64,000 nucleotides of DNA from NCBI RefSeq assembly GCF_006345805.1, contig NC_043023.1:2294001-2358000 (forward strand), written 5' to 3'. Of this stretch, positions 12,321 to 26,635 are shown one piece after another. How positions within the stretch are numbered: the stretch's first letter is position 1; each line of letters opens with the position of its first letter. The position numbers and the translations under genes are program-made. The stretch comes from Octopus sinensis (taxonomy: Eukaryota). Below the pieces are notes generated by a model. It saw nothing but the letters and a program-made list of their open reading frames with translations, had not been told where the DNA came from and did no database searches.

Positions 12321-13249
12321 CGTAGATATATATATATACGTAGATATATATATACATAGATATATATATATATGTAGATATATATATATACGTAGATGCA
12401 TGTATGTTTATATATGTATATATACATATACCTATATGTTTGTGTGTGTATATATATGTATATATGTATGTATAAAAGATATATATCATTATTTCTAATA
12501 ACTATACCATCTTCCCCACCACCGGCACCAGCACCACTACCACAGTCATCATCATCATCATCGTCATCATCGTCATGGTTATATTTCATTTTCTAAAAAC
12601 CCTTCCCTTCTGCAAAGGCAAAAATAACCAAAACACATTTCCCAAAATATTAAAATACAAAATGAATAAATCCTCGTCTAAATATAATTAGGTGTTTTGA
12701 CAAAGGAGGGGAAAATACTGAATTTCAAAAGGACAGTAAATAATGATAATAGTACTGATAAAAAGATGCATGCATTATAGATGTGTGTGTGTGTGTGTGT
12801 GCGAGCCCATGAGTGAGTGCTGTATATGTGTGCGTGTATTACTGTTATATATGTATATATGCGTGTGTGTGTGTATGAGTACTAGAAATATATATGTGTA
12901 TGTATATGTATATATGAGTACTATATATATATGTATCCATGTGTGAGTATGTGTACTATATATATATATATATGTGGGTGTGTGTGTGTGTGTGTATGTG
13001 TGTGTGTATGTATGTGTGTGTGTGTGTATGTATATATTGTGTGAGTATGTGTATATATATATCTATGTATGTATGTATATGTGTGTGAGTATGTGTACTA
13101 TATCTATATATATATATATGTGTGTGTGTGCGTGTGTATGTGTGTGTGAGTATGTGTAGTATATCTATATACATATGTGTGTGTGTGTATGTATGTGTAC
13201 TATATATATTGTGTGTATATGTGCCTGTCTGCAAATATTATATATGTGG

Positions 13250-13304
<55 letters not shown>

Positions 13305-13414
13305 ATATGCACACACACATCATACATACATACATATAATACATACATACATACATGGTGTGTGTATATGTTTATACATATATATGTGTGTGTGTATGCA
13401 TGTGTATATTAATA

Positions 13415-13452
<38 letters not shown>

Positions 13453-13609
13453 CATACATACATTTATGTATCCATATATAAGCATATATGTGTGTGTCTG
13501 TGTTTATATGTATACATTTATATATACACACACACAATATGACTAATAATAATATTTTTGATAAGCAAAGTCGAAAAAAAAAAACTACTACTACTAATTG
13601 TAGTAGTAG

Positions 13610-13642
<33 letters not shown>

Positions 13643-13710
13643 GTGTGAGAGAAAACAAACTGAGAAGAATATTTGATGAAAGAGATAAGGGGGGAGTGCA
13701 TACCTCTTAC

Positions 13711-13752
<42 letters not shown>

Positions 13753-13806
13753 CGTGTGTATATATTTATATATATATATACACACACATATATATATACA
13801 TATTAC

Positions 13807-13860
<54 letters not shown>

Positions 13861-15039
13861 ATACACATATATATATGTGTGTGTGTACATATGTATGGAT
13901 GTATGTATATGTATATATTCATATATATAATACACACAGACACATATTTCCCTCTCTCTCTCTCTCTTTCTCTGTATATATATTATATATATATACACAC
14001 ACACACAGACACTCATATACAAATAGAGGCATTTATATATATATATAAATATATATGTTTATATGTGTGTGTGATATATGAACACGCAGATATGTATACA
14101 TTCATATATAAATGAACAGATGTATACACATATATCTGAGTACAGATGTACATCAATCTGTCTGCCTGCTTATATATATATTCATATATATATATATACA
14201 TACATACATACACACACATATATGTACATACATATGCACATACATACACACACGTATGCATATGCACACTGACAAATCCACAAACCTACAAACACACATT
14301 TAAACACACAAAATTCCTACAATTTCTAAAATATTTCTACAACATTCTACAGGTAGCTTTGAAGTCAATTCATCCTAAAAAACAAGTTATTTCTCCCTCC
14401 ATTATATTCTCCATCTTTTTTTCCTTTCCTTTCAAATTCAAAATCTATTTGCCCTCCATTTGTATTTCAGCAACAGTTTTTTAATTCATTTTAAACAATT
14501 CTTCAAAGACTTTTCAATGAAAATCATAGAAAATTATGATATAATTCTAAATATAAATTTCTAAAATATTATATATATTCCGTTATTGACAAAGAAACAC
14601 TTCTGTTTTGTCTTATCCACGGATGTATTTGTATCTTTTATCTTCTGAAAGTAGACATTTTTTTTTTTTCAATTTAAATTGTATCTGAAGTAGTGAGGCT
14701 TAGAAATGCTGGTTTCTTTCAATTGTTCCATCTATCTGTGTTTGTTTGTTCGTTTGTCTGTCTGTATTTGTGCAGGTCTGTGTGTAGGAATTTAGTTTTT
14801 TTATACATGTATGTATTTATATATGTATGTATGTATATATGTATGTATATATGTATGTATGTATGTATGTATCTATCTATCTATCTATCTGTCTATCTAT
14901 ATATCTATCTATCTACCTACCTATCAATCTATTTACCTATATCTATCTATTTCCGTCTGTCTGTCTTATAATCTATCTGTCTAGCTGTTTTTCTTCCTAT
15001 ATATTTATCCATCTGTTTGTGTTTCTTTATATCAATTAC

Positions 15040-15078
<39 letters not shown>

Positions 15079-15081
15079 CTC

Positions 15082-15117
<36 letters not shown>

Positions 15118-16040
15118 CCTGTCTATCAATCTATCTATCCATTTATCTCGATATCTATTCATCTACTAATATGTCTATTCATTTGTTTATCTATCTATCT
15201 ATCTATCTATCAATCTATGTGTCTATCTATCTCTATCTATTTTTAAATGTGAATGTGTGTATCTTTGTGTCTGTTTGTCTATCTATCTGTCTATCCATCC
15301 ATCTCTCTCTCTATCTATCTATCTATCTATCCATCTATCTATCTATCTGTCTATCTATCTATCTATCTATCTCTCTCTCTATCTATCTATCTATCTATCC
15401 ATCTATCTATCTATCTGTCTATCTATCTATCTATGTATCTCTTTGTCAGTTTGTGGTGTGTGTGTGTGTGCATGTCATCACACCCACACAAACACCCACA
15501 CACACATCTTGGTGCAATGAGAATAGTGTTGGTTTGGCAACAGTATCCCAGCATCCAGACTCTTTGAAATTCTCTCCTGCTTCTTAAAAAAACCAGAAAT
15601 CATTCTCTTCTCTGATTCCAACCCTTGTCTCTTAGCAAAAGTTCCAGGCTGTCTTGACCTGGTGTGTTATAAAATCATTTTACTCTTTGGAAAAAGGAGA
15701 GCATTGCTGGGTTCCTAACCTTTCCACATTCTAAAGTCAGAAAACACACACGCATTTACCCCCCCACACACACACACACACCACATGCACAGACACACAA
15801 GCTCTCACACACACACATACACACAAACTCATACACACGTACACACAGAGACACACACCACATGCACAGACACACTAGCTCTCACACACACACATACCCA
15901 CACATACACATAAACTCATACATACACACAAACTCACACACATACACACACATACACACACGCATACACACATATTCAGACACACACATTCACACACACA
16001 CACACACACACACACATATAAGCACAGTCACACACCTATA
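11910..16040. repeat. Field of (TA)n, (CA)n, (TATG)n and (ATCT)n microsatellites with short unique spacers
   Basis: Visible directly; (ATCT)n at 14870-15435. Confidence 0.9.
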
Positions 16041-16042
16041 CA

Positions 16043-16221
16043 TGAGGGGGTGCTGATCAGTTAATTATGATTTTATTCAATATATTCCTCTCTCAGATTC
16101 ACACACTCATTGCAGTGGTCCTTCAGTTTTTCTAAGCCCTGTGAAAGAACTCGGAAGGTTGGGACACCAAACAAGCCTTTCATGATACCCTTAAAGTCAG
16201 GACCTTTTCAGCAACCCCTCG
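16043..16221. mobile_element. mariner-derived MITE
   Basis: Ends tgagggggtgctga / tcagcaacccctcg followed by TA. Confidence 0.55.
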
Positions 16222-16239
16222 TATATGTCTGTGTATATC

Positions 16240-16700
16240 ATCATCATCATCGTTTAACGTCTGCTTTCCATGCTAGCATGAGTTGGATGATTTGACTGAG
16301 GACTGGCAAACCAGATGGCTCCACCAGGCTCCAATCTCATCTGGCAGAGTTTCTACAGCTGGATGCCCTTCCTAACGCCAACCACTCCGAGAGTGTAGTG
16401 GGCGCCTTTACATGCCACCGGCACGAAAGCCGGTCAGGCGGTACTGGCAACGGCCACGCTCAAATGGTGTTTTTTACGTGCCACTTGCACAGGAGCCAGT
16501 CCAGCGGCACTTGCAACGACCTTGCATGAATGTTTTTCACGTGCCAGTAAGGCAACACTGGTAACGATCACGCTCGAATGATGCTTTTTACGTGTCACTG
16601 GCATGGAAGCTAGTTAGCCGCTCTGGCAACCATCATGCTTGGATGGTGCCCTTAGTGCTCCACTAACACGGATGCCAGTCATCAAATTTTATTTCGATTT
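16240..16700 (-). mobile_element. Repeat family C
   Basis: catcatcgtttaacgt start, ggatgcccttcctaacgccaaccac core and several modules. Confidence 0.75.
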
Positions 16701-16978
16701 CTGAATAATATTCTTAAGGCCACAATTTACTCAAACACAGTATATTTCAGAGCTTGTCGCTAATTTGGTTCTTAACCAAATTGAAAACCGTTAACATTTT
16801 TTAAGAGGGCTAGTCCCTAACTATATTTTGGCATAAGAAAATTGAGATTCGGTCTTGTAGAAAAAAGTTTACATCAATATTTGTAAAAATGTTATAGGAG
16901 AGTAAGTAACTATGCATACACCTCTAATCAAGTTTAGATCTCAATAACTTTTTCATTTTAAAAGCAAAATATATTTAT

Positions 16979-17371
16979 ACTAGCAGTGTCGCCCGGCGTT
17001 GCTCAGATTTGTTTCGACCCTTTAGAATTCGAATTTTTGAAAAGTAAAACTTTTGCATTATGTATCTTGTTATTCTCTTTAAGTGAACATTTTTCTGGTT
17101 GAAATACACCGAAAAATGGCAACACAGTAGTAAAAAAATCGTAAAAAATAGGGATTTTCATAGAAAAAAAGCACCTTTTTGATGTAAATAATTTTTGGTG
17201 TTAACATGGTCCGATTTGAATATTTTCTTCTACAGAAGGAAGAGCAAGCCTTCTATCATACTCTCAATTTTGGTCAACTTGCGCTGCAGGGTCTCGAAGG
17301 AGATAGTGTTAGTTGAAGGCTACCAAACCTGCCATACACAGACAACTTCAGCTTTATATATAGAGAGAGAT
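16979..17371 (-). mobile_element. Non-autonomous Helitron
   Basis: Minus strand begins A|TC..tatatataaagctgaag and ends with a GC-rich hairpin (gagcaacgccggg) then CTAG|T. Confidence 0.65.
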
Positions 17372-17657
17372 TAGCATCAATGATAGAACAAAGAATGAAG
17401 AATTTCATAGTTTTCATCCTATGCAACAAAACTTTTAATATATGTCATTGAGGTAAGGAAAAAATTATCAACAACACTTCTAATTAGCACATTATTAATT
17501 ATCATAATAGCATAGCCTGGAAAAAACATGGATTATATAGAAAAATGTGCGCAAGAGAAATAATATTCTTAAGATTATAAACCTGGAAAAGTACAGGACA
17601 AGAAAATTCTTACTTAAAATATTGCAGCTAAGGATAAAATTTGAATATTAAAAATTA

Positions 17658-18055
17658 TTTACTCTTTTACTTGTTTCAGTCATTTGACTGCGGCCATGCT
17701 GGAGAACCGCCTTTAGTCGAGGAAATCAACCCCAGGACTTATTCTTTGTAAGCCTAGTACTTATTCTATCAGTCTCTTTTGCTGAACAGCTAAATTACAG
17801 GGACATAAACACACCAGCATCAGTTGTCAAGCGATGTTGGGGGGACAAACACAGACACACAAACACGTATATATATATATATACATATATACGACGGGCT
17901 TCTTTCAGTTTTCATCTACCAAATCCACTCACAAGGATTTGGTCAGCCAGAGGCTATAGTAGAAGACACTCACCCAAGGTGCCACGCAGTAGGACTGAAT
18001 TCAGAACCATGTGGTTGGTAGGCAAGCTACTTACCACACAGCCATCTCCTGCGCT
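17658..18055 (-). mobile_element. SINE family A
   Basis: Full-length match. Confidence 0.85.
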
Positions 18056-18323
18056 TGTAATTTAAAAATTTTGATTGTAATTTAAAAAGTAACATTATAA
18101 TTAAAAAAGCTACCATCATTTTGTTAAAATATTGACGCACTAGAATACTTAAAAAGTGAGAGCCAGAAGTACCAATATAGATATATAGATAGATAGACAT
18201 ATATATACATTATCATATAACACATTTTTATATATATGGGTTCTTAGAAAAAGAGTGAGAGAAAGAGAGAATAACACAGATGTATGCAGAGAAGTGTCCA
18301 GATAGCTGGATAGATAGATAGTT

Positions 18324-18365
<42 letters not shown>

Positions 18366-18395
18366 TCAGACAGATAGATAGCTAAATACATAGAT

Positions 18396-18430
<35 letters not shown>

Positions 18431-18757
18431 GGGAGACAGAAGAGTCAAACAGACAGCAAGATAGAACAGAAAAGGAGACAAATGGTAAAATTTTTTTTTT
18501 AAGTGGGTGGGTAAGAGAGCGATGCTGTTATCAAGTAATCTGTCTGTTGGTCTGTCCATACACACATGCACTCATGTGCACATACACATGCACTAAAATA
18601 TATCTACACACACGGAGAAATACAAAAGCAGGCAGAGAGAGAGAGAAAGAGGCCTACAATGGTGAAAATTGGGGGCAACCTAATATTTGAGGAATAATTA
18701 TCTAGAAATAATACATGTACACATATGTGTGTGTGTATATGTGTATATATCTATATC

Positions 18758-18788
<31 letters not shown>

Positions 18789-18792
18789 ATAT

Positions 18793-18825
<33 letters not shown>

Positions 18826-18841
18826 GTTATATATATATATG

Positions 18842-18952
<111 letters not shown>

Positions 18953-18967
18953 GTATATATATGTATG

Positions 18968-18999
<32 letters not shown>

Positions 19000-19007
19000 T
19001 ATGTATC

Positions 19008-19079
<72 letters not shown>

Positions 19080-19439
19080 ATATATATATGGTGGTTTTTA
19101 ATATTGCATTTGACTTATTTCCGAGGAAATCTTACCAATTCCAAACTAATTTCTTCAGATTCCGCCTAATTTCAGTAAATGTTTGAAATGATGAACCTAG
19201 CACTTGTCCGGCTTCGTCAAATAAAATAGGCATTGATTAGCAGAAATGTTGATGGGATTGGATTTATATGTGCATCTGTATGCATATGTGTGCATATGTG
19301 TGCATGTGTGTGCATATGTGTGCGTGTGAGTCTGTGTGTATGTGTGGGACTTAATATGTATGTGTGAAAATGTATCTATTTGTGTGTGTGTCTGATATAA
19401 TAAATATACATGCATAGTTAAATATAGCTGATATATATA

Positions 19440-19471
<32 letters not shown>

Positions 19472-19566
19472 CACACATATATATATATATATATATATCG
19501 GCTATATATATATGTGTGTGTGTGTGTGTGTATATTAACAACATCTAATATATGTATTAATTATAT

Positions 19567-19608
<42 letters not shown>

Positions 19609-19935
19609 ATGTATGTATGTATGTATATATACATATATATGTCCATATATATATATATATTAACTATATTTAACTATATATTTAATAAATTGATGTATAT
19701 ATATATATATATATATTAACTAAATTTAACGATATATATTTAATTTATATACACACACACGCACTGATGCTGAGTATCAATATGTGCGTGTGTTAGTGTG
19801 TATGTGTATTAGTATGTAAGTGTGTGCACTCACATGTGTGTGTGTGTGTATATATATATATATTGATGTTTATACACACTCACACACAAATACATATTTA
19901 TATTCATATGAAGTAAAAGAATAATATACATATAT

Positions 19936-20245
19936 AGGCGCAGGAGTGGCTGTGTGGTAAGTAGCTTGCTTACCAACCACATAGTTCCGGGTTCATTCCC
20001 ACTGCATGGTACCTTGGGCAAGTGTCTTCTATTATAGTCTGTTTGTGTGTGTCTGTGTTTGTCCCCCCAACATCGCTTGACAACCGATGCAGGTGTGTTT
20101 GTGTCCCCGTAACTTAGCGGTTCAGCAAAAGAAACCGATAGAATATGTACTAGGCTTACAAAGAATAAGTCCTGGGGTTGATTTGCTCGACTGAAGGTGG
20201 TGCTCCAGCATGGTCACAGTGAAATGACTGAAACAGGTAAAAGAG
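19936..20245 (+). mobile_element. SINE family A, internally deleted
   Basis: Head and 3' half present, middle missing. Confidence 0.8.
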
Positions 20246-20414
20246 TATTAATATCTATGTATACATAGATTGATAGACAAATGAGTATATGAATATCTGT
20301 TTGTGTATGTGTATATATATATACATATATACATACATACACATGTTCATAACTATACATATATAGGTACATGAGTATATATTTACATCTATGTATATAC
20401 ATTTCAGTATATAT

Positions 20415-20450
<36 letters not shown>

Positions 20451-20669
20451 TTGCATAGTTATGTTTCATATATATATATATACATATATGTATGCATTCT
20501 TATGAATATATATCCATACATACATACACATATATATGTGTGTATATACATAGAGAGAGAGAGAGACAAAATAAAAAATGCAAGTTATATATATATACAC
20601 ACAGACACACACACACACAAGTATGTATATATATATAGATAATTAGGTGTGCATATATATGTATATATG

Positions 20670-20732
<63 letters not shown>

Positions 20733-21190
20733 TATATATATGAATTCATATATATGTTTGTATATGTATAATATTGTCTAATATTTGCATGAATATATTT
20801 ATATTGATGTACATATATAGATACAAACACATGCACACATACACAAACACATACATAGATGCATGACATAGAGTGATACACGTACCCACACATTTACATT
20901 TTAGCAATGACGTAAATAAGTGAAAAAAATTCACCTGCCATTAAATGTGTCTACACTTATGTTTGCATACAGACAATATAACATATATATATATACACAC
21001 ATTTATACAAACATACCTGTGTGTGTTTTTATATATATGTGTGTGTGTGTGCGTGTATATATATATATATATATATATATACATTGTATGTATATATATT
21101 TCTAAGTGCGTTTTAGGATGTGTATGTGTGTGCGTGTATATGTGTTTGTGTATGTTTGTGTCTGTATATGTATATATGGTACATCTGTAA

Positions 21191-21229
<39 letters not shown>

Positions 21230-21274
21230 TGTGTGTGTATAGACAGAGAGGGAGAGGGGGGTAGAGATACTTGC

Positions 21275-21344
<70 letters not shown>

Positions 21345-21626
21345 GGAGAAGTAATACATAGATAAACACTTTATAGAATATACAAGCATTTTTGCAAATT
21401 TCTGTGATTATTGCATAACAGTTGTTGAAATATTTGTATAATGTGGCACTTCGCCTCATCTGTGTGAGCCTGATTTTCAGTTACACGTCATGCTTCATGA
21501 CCCCTATATGTAAGATGGGGCCATATGTTGAGAACGACTGGTGGTAGGTCCCCATGTTAGTATCTTTACTTTGATTTTTCAACTGTAAGAGAGATGTTGA
21601 GATGTTTACTGGCAACCTTGAGTCAG

Positions 21627-22260
21627 TTTATGTTTGTTCCTTCTCAAGCCATGCCTGGCTCATAGGGCCGGTTTCCCAGTTTCCTTGGTATATGGGTTCC
21701 CCACCTGGATGGGATGCTGGTCTGTTGCAGGTGAGCTGCAAGATGCATGAGGAAAGAGTGAGAGAAAGTTGTGGTGAAAGAGTCAGCAGAAGTTCGCCAT
21801 TACCTATTGCCAGAGCCGCATGGAGCTTAGGTGTTTCGCTCATAAATACACACATCGCCCGGTCTGAGATTCGAACCCACAATCCCTCACCTGCGAGTCC
21901 GCTGCTCTAACCACTAGGCCATGTGCCACCACATATATATATATATATATATATATTGTCTGTTCCTTCTTGATCCATGCCTAGCTCATAAGGACCAGTT
22001 TCCCAGTTTCCTTGGCATATAGGTTCCCCACCTGGATGGGACGCCGGTTCATCACAGGTGAGCTGCAAGATGCAGGAGGAAAGAGTGAGAGAAAGTTGTG
22101 GCGAAGGAGTCAGCAGAGGTTCGCCATTACCTTCTGCCAGAGCCACGTGGAGCTTAGGTATTTCGCTCATAAACACTCACATTGCCCGGTTTGAGATTTG
22201 AACCCGCGATCCCTTGACCACGAATCCGCTGCTCTAACCACTAGGCCATGTGCCTCCACG
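21627..22260 (-). mobile_element. Two tandem SINE family D copies with V-domain-like body
   Basis: tRNA-like heads at ~21930 and ~22258; body cacctgcaacagaccagcatcccatccaggtgggg resembles the V-SINE domain. Confidence 0.75.
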
Positions 22261-22681
22261 AGTTGGTTTATACAATCTACTTTTGGAACATGTGGATCAC
22301 GTTTTTTGTCTGCTAGCATCAAACCATTTCAAATTAGGGAAACATGGTTCTCTATTTGTTTTCACTTGGCAGTGAGGTCTTCTTAAGACCTTACTGAATA
22401 TTACAACAGGAAGAAATGATGAGCAATAATTTGGGTACCTCTGTTGACTGACCAGCAGGAGGGTGCTATGGTGCATGGTTAAAAAATGCAAGGATTGTGG
22501 GATACTATCTGATGACATCAATTCCTCCTTCCTAAAGCTCCATTCACTTTTGTGAAAGGAAAAGAAGCACCTTACTTTTAAGTAATATCAATAACACAGG
22601 AGTAAACACACCAGCATCCGTTGTCAGGTGATGTTGGTGGGGACAAACACAGACATACAAACATATACATATATATATATG

Positions 22682-22736
<55 letters not shown>

Positions 22737-22764
22737 ATGTATGTATATATATATATATATATAT

Positions 22765-23216
22765 AACTTATAAAATAAGGGCAAAAGAAAAATTCTAATG
22801 CCAAATATGCCGAAAAAAGACAAAATTGTCAATAACCATTATAATTTATGCGTCTCGAAATAAACCGATAGAAATTTCTAAAAAACCCAATTTCAGGGTT
22901 AATTCATAAGAATTTTCCCCTCTTCGGCGATAAATACATAAGACATAGATGGAATACTTACTCATACCCATGGAAAAAGCACGCACTAAGTCCTGAGCAT
23001 AAAGTATTCCATTTATGTCTTACATATTTATTGCTGAAGAGGGGAAAATTCTTATGAATTAGCCCCGAAATTGGGACCAATACGTTAATAACGGATTTTT
23101 TAGAAATTTCTGTCGGCTTGTTTCGAGACGCATAAATTATAATGGTTATTGACAATTTTGTCGTTTTTCGGCATATTTGGCGTTAGAATTTTTCTTTTGC
23201 CCTTATTTTATAAGTT
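22765..23216. mobile_element. Long fold-back (~200-bp arms) with a hammerhead motif in the right arm
   Basis: Arms 22765-22965 and 22994-23216 are complementary; CTGAAGA-gggg..cccc-GAAA-ttgg/ccaa-TA at 23034-23082. Confidence 0.75.
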
Positions 23217-23407
23217 ATTTATAAATTTAACCTTTAAAGGTATTTTTTGATAAGATTTTTTTGAAAAAAATTCTATCCTACATTAGTTATACATATATAA
23301 ACATATATATGTTTAATAATAATATTAGGGAGTATAACTCCAAACTTACAGGGAAAAATTCAATTTAGTATTAAATCAAATTTCACAATATAAATATATA
23401 AAATATA

Positions 23408-23665
23408 AATTTGAGATAAAACTACTATTATGCAATTAAAACAATGATAGACATAAACCAAATCATAAATAAAAAATAAAATATATTTTTATAAAACATA
23501 TAACTAGATCACAAAAAGTATAAAAATGAATAATCAATCTATAATAAGTAATAAGTAAATATATAAGTTATATGTTTTATAAAAATATATTTTATTTTTT
23601 ATTTATGATTTGGTTTCTGTCTATCATTGTTTGGATTGCATAATAGTGGGTTTTTTTCTAATTTA
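23408..23665. repeat. AT-rich fold-back (~100-bp arms)
   Basis: 23408-23505 is complementary to 23567-23665. Confidence 0.8.
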
Positions 23666-23685
23666 TATCTTATATATATATATAT

Positions 23686-24212
23686 AGGCACAGGAGTGGC
23701 TGTGTGGTAAGTAGCTTGCTTACCAACCACATAGTTTCGGGTTCAGTCCCACTGTGTGGCATCTTGGGCAAGTGTCATCTACTATAGCCTCGGGCCGACC
23801 AAAGCCATGAGAGTGGATTTGGTAGACGGAAACTGAAAGAAGCCCGTCGTATATATGTATATATATATATATATATGTGTGTATGTTTGTGTGTCTGTGT
23901 TTGTCCCCCTAGCATTGCTTGACATCGCTGTCACTTAGCGGTTCGGCAAAAGAGACCAATAGAATAAGTACTGGGCTTACAAAAAATAAGTCAAATGACT
24001 GAAACAAGTAAAAGAGTAAAAGAGAGTTTATATATATATGTGTGTGTGTGACGGGCTTTTTTCAGTTTCCGTCTACCAAATCCACTCACAAGGCTTTGGT
24101 CGGCCCGAGGCTATATTAGAAGACACTTGCCCAAGGTGCCATGCAGTGGGACTGAACCTGGAACCATGTGATTCGTAAGCAAGCTACTTACCACACAGCC
24201 ACTCCTACGCCT
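23686..24212. mobile_element. SINE A (+, 23686-24025) adjacent to an inverted SINE A 5' half (-, 24050-24212)
   Basis: Both match the consensus in opposite orientations. Confidence 0.85.
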
Positions 24213-24947
24213 TCAGCATTTGTTTCAATTAATTTATAAAATAATGTAGAATTTACTCAGATAATTACGCCCTTATTAAGCTGGTGTTTAGAACATGATT
24301 TAACATGAAATAATGATAGCAGGTTCTAATTTAGATCATTTTAACTGTTTTGCTACCAGAGTTCTGTTGAAATGCACTAAATTAATTGTAATTGATTTTG
24401 AAAATGACAAAGAACGTTGCAAAATAACTTTGACAGCATTAAGCTGGTACTTCAAACATAAATTAACCTGGAATCGTGATAAAAGATAGTCAAGGCTTTG
24501 GTTCTTTAATTTTGGTGAAATACATTACTTTTATTTCAATTAATTTTTTTAAAAATTAAATAGAATTTAATAAAATAGCTTTCATTATTAAGATGTCGTT
24601 TATAAGCCATGCCATGCAAAAGGCTTAGCAGCTTTCCAGCCGTCTTGACATTCTGAGTTCAAATTCTGCCAAGGTCAACTTTGCCTTTCATTCTTTCGGA
24701 GTCAATAAAATAAGTACCAGTGGAATACTAGGGTCATGCCTTTCATCCTTTTGGGACCAATAAATTAGGTACCAGTGGACTGCTGGGGTCCATGTAATCG
24801 ATTTAACCCCTCCTCCGAAATTTCTTGTACCTATAGTAAAAAGGATTATTATTATTATTATTATAATTATTATTATCATCATCATCATTATTATTATCTT
24901 TATTATTATTATTATTATTATGATTATTATTATTATTATTATACGTA

Positions 24948-25574
24948 GGCATAGGAGTGGCTGTGTGGTAAGTAGCTTGCTTACCAACCACATGGTTCCG
25001 GGTTCAGTCCCACTGCGTGGCACCTTGGGCAAGTGTCTTCTACTATAGCCTCAGATGAACCAAAGCCTTGTGAGTGGATTTGGTAGACGGAAACTGAAAG
25101 AAGCCCATCGGATATATGTATATATATGTGTTTATGTGTGTATATGTTTGTGTGTCTGTGTTTGTCTCCCCAACATTGCTTGACAACCGATGCTGGTGTG
25201 TTTACGTCCCTGTCACTTAGCAGTTCGGCAAAAGAGACCGATAGAATAAGTACTAGGCTTGCAAAGAATAAGTCCTGGGGTCGATCTGCTTGACTAAAGG
25301 CGGTGCTCCAGCATGGCCGCAGTCACATGACTGAAACAAGTAAGTGAGTATTATTATTAAGGCAGTGAGCTGACAGAATTGTTAGCTCACTGGATGAAAT
25401 GCCTAGCTGTATTTTGCTCTTCGCTACATTCTGAGTTCAAATCTCACTGAGGTCGACTTTGCCTTTCATCCTTTCGGGGTAAATAAATTAAGTACCAGTT
25501 GAGTGCTGGAGTCAATGTAATTGACTGTCTCCCTGCCCCTAAATTTCAGGCATTGTGCCTATAGTAGAAAGGAT

Positions 25575-25575
<1 letters not shown>
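24948..25575 (+). mobile_element. SINE A (24948-25345) followed by SINE B (25359-25575)
   Basis: Consensus matches. Confidence 0.85.
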
Positions 25576-25627
<52 letters not shown>

Positions 25628-25883
25628 TTATTATTGAGTGAGAGAGCAGTGCATGCCATCAAAGTGACACTGGGGTACAAATATACGAAGTCCAGTATAC
25701 CCATCATGACTACCCGTCTGATAACGGTACACCAGGTACATGCATCACAACCATATGTGCATGACATGGTGATTTCATATCAAGATAAACAGCACATAAC
25801 CTTGCAGGTGGTGCCCAGTTAGAATTTTCTTCTGGTCGAGTAGCCCATCCTGCTCAAAAGGTCCCTGAATAAGGATTGTTTAA

Positions 25884-26104
25884 CCCTTTCATTACCAACC
25901 TGGCCAAAACCTGCTCTGGCTCTGTAGTACAAATGTCTTGTTTACATAAATTTTTAATTAAAATCTTCTACCATACCTTAGTCACAATTTGTGTTCCCCA
26001 AACTAGCTTAATGATAACTAAGTTATTACACTAAATTCTTTGTTATATTTAATGTAATTGAAAGAAACACAGAGCATCTCAAAATAAATATAGTAACGGA
26101 AGGG
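25884..26104. mobile_element. piggyBac-type MITE (~220 bp)
   Basis: TTAA|ccctttcattac ... gtaacggaaggg|TTAA; inserted in another repeat (25634-26200) that is partly seen again near 57560. Confidence 0.8.
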
Positions 26105-26635
26105 TTAAGGATGTTGAACAAAACACCCATGTTTCCAGAGGTGAATTATCCAAACCTCTAAGAATCCCTCTCAACACATGGTTTTGATGCTCCCCAACTA
26201 CTTCGAACCCACAATCTAATGATCATAAGTCCAACATGCTAACCACTAAGCCACCAACCTCCTCAAACAGATGTCTTGTAGTAGAGGAGGTACATAGCTG
26301 CTTCAGTCGGAGAGAGAATGGAGAGATGAGACAAGACTGGAGCGAGGGAGAGAAGAGAGTGGAGTGTATGGTTTTACTTTCTTTACTATGTTTTCTTTGT
26401 GTCATAACTCTTATTATTTTTGTCTTCTGTTTCTCTGAGTATGTGTGTGTGTGTATGTGTATATATGTGCGTTGTTGAATGTGATGGTCGGTTATATTAA
26501 GCTTCTGTAACCAATAAAATAAATTGCCGATCAATGTTCATTGATTGAGAACAATAAATTTAAGAGGTGGAAGATGAGCAGCAAATTTAAAGAGACAGTT
26601 TGGGAAATGGCTACGACCTACTTGCAATCAGGGAA

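Noticed and set aside
21400-22570. Possible decayed LINE RT flanking the SINE D pair, and similar sequence at 11230-11480
   Set aside because: No recognisable conserved motif in manual translation
21850-26255. tRNA-like segments at ~4500-4575, 21860-21930, 22190-22258 and 26203-26255
   Set aside because: They are SINE heads with no acceptor stem, not tRNA genes
26300-26540. LTR-like segment with AATAAA
   Set aside because: No second copy, clear TG..CA ends or target-site duplication visible
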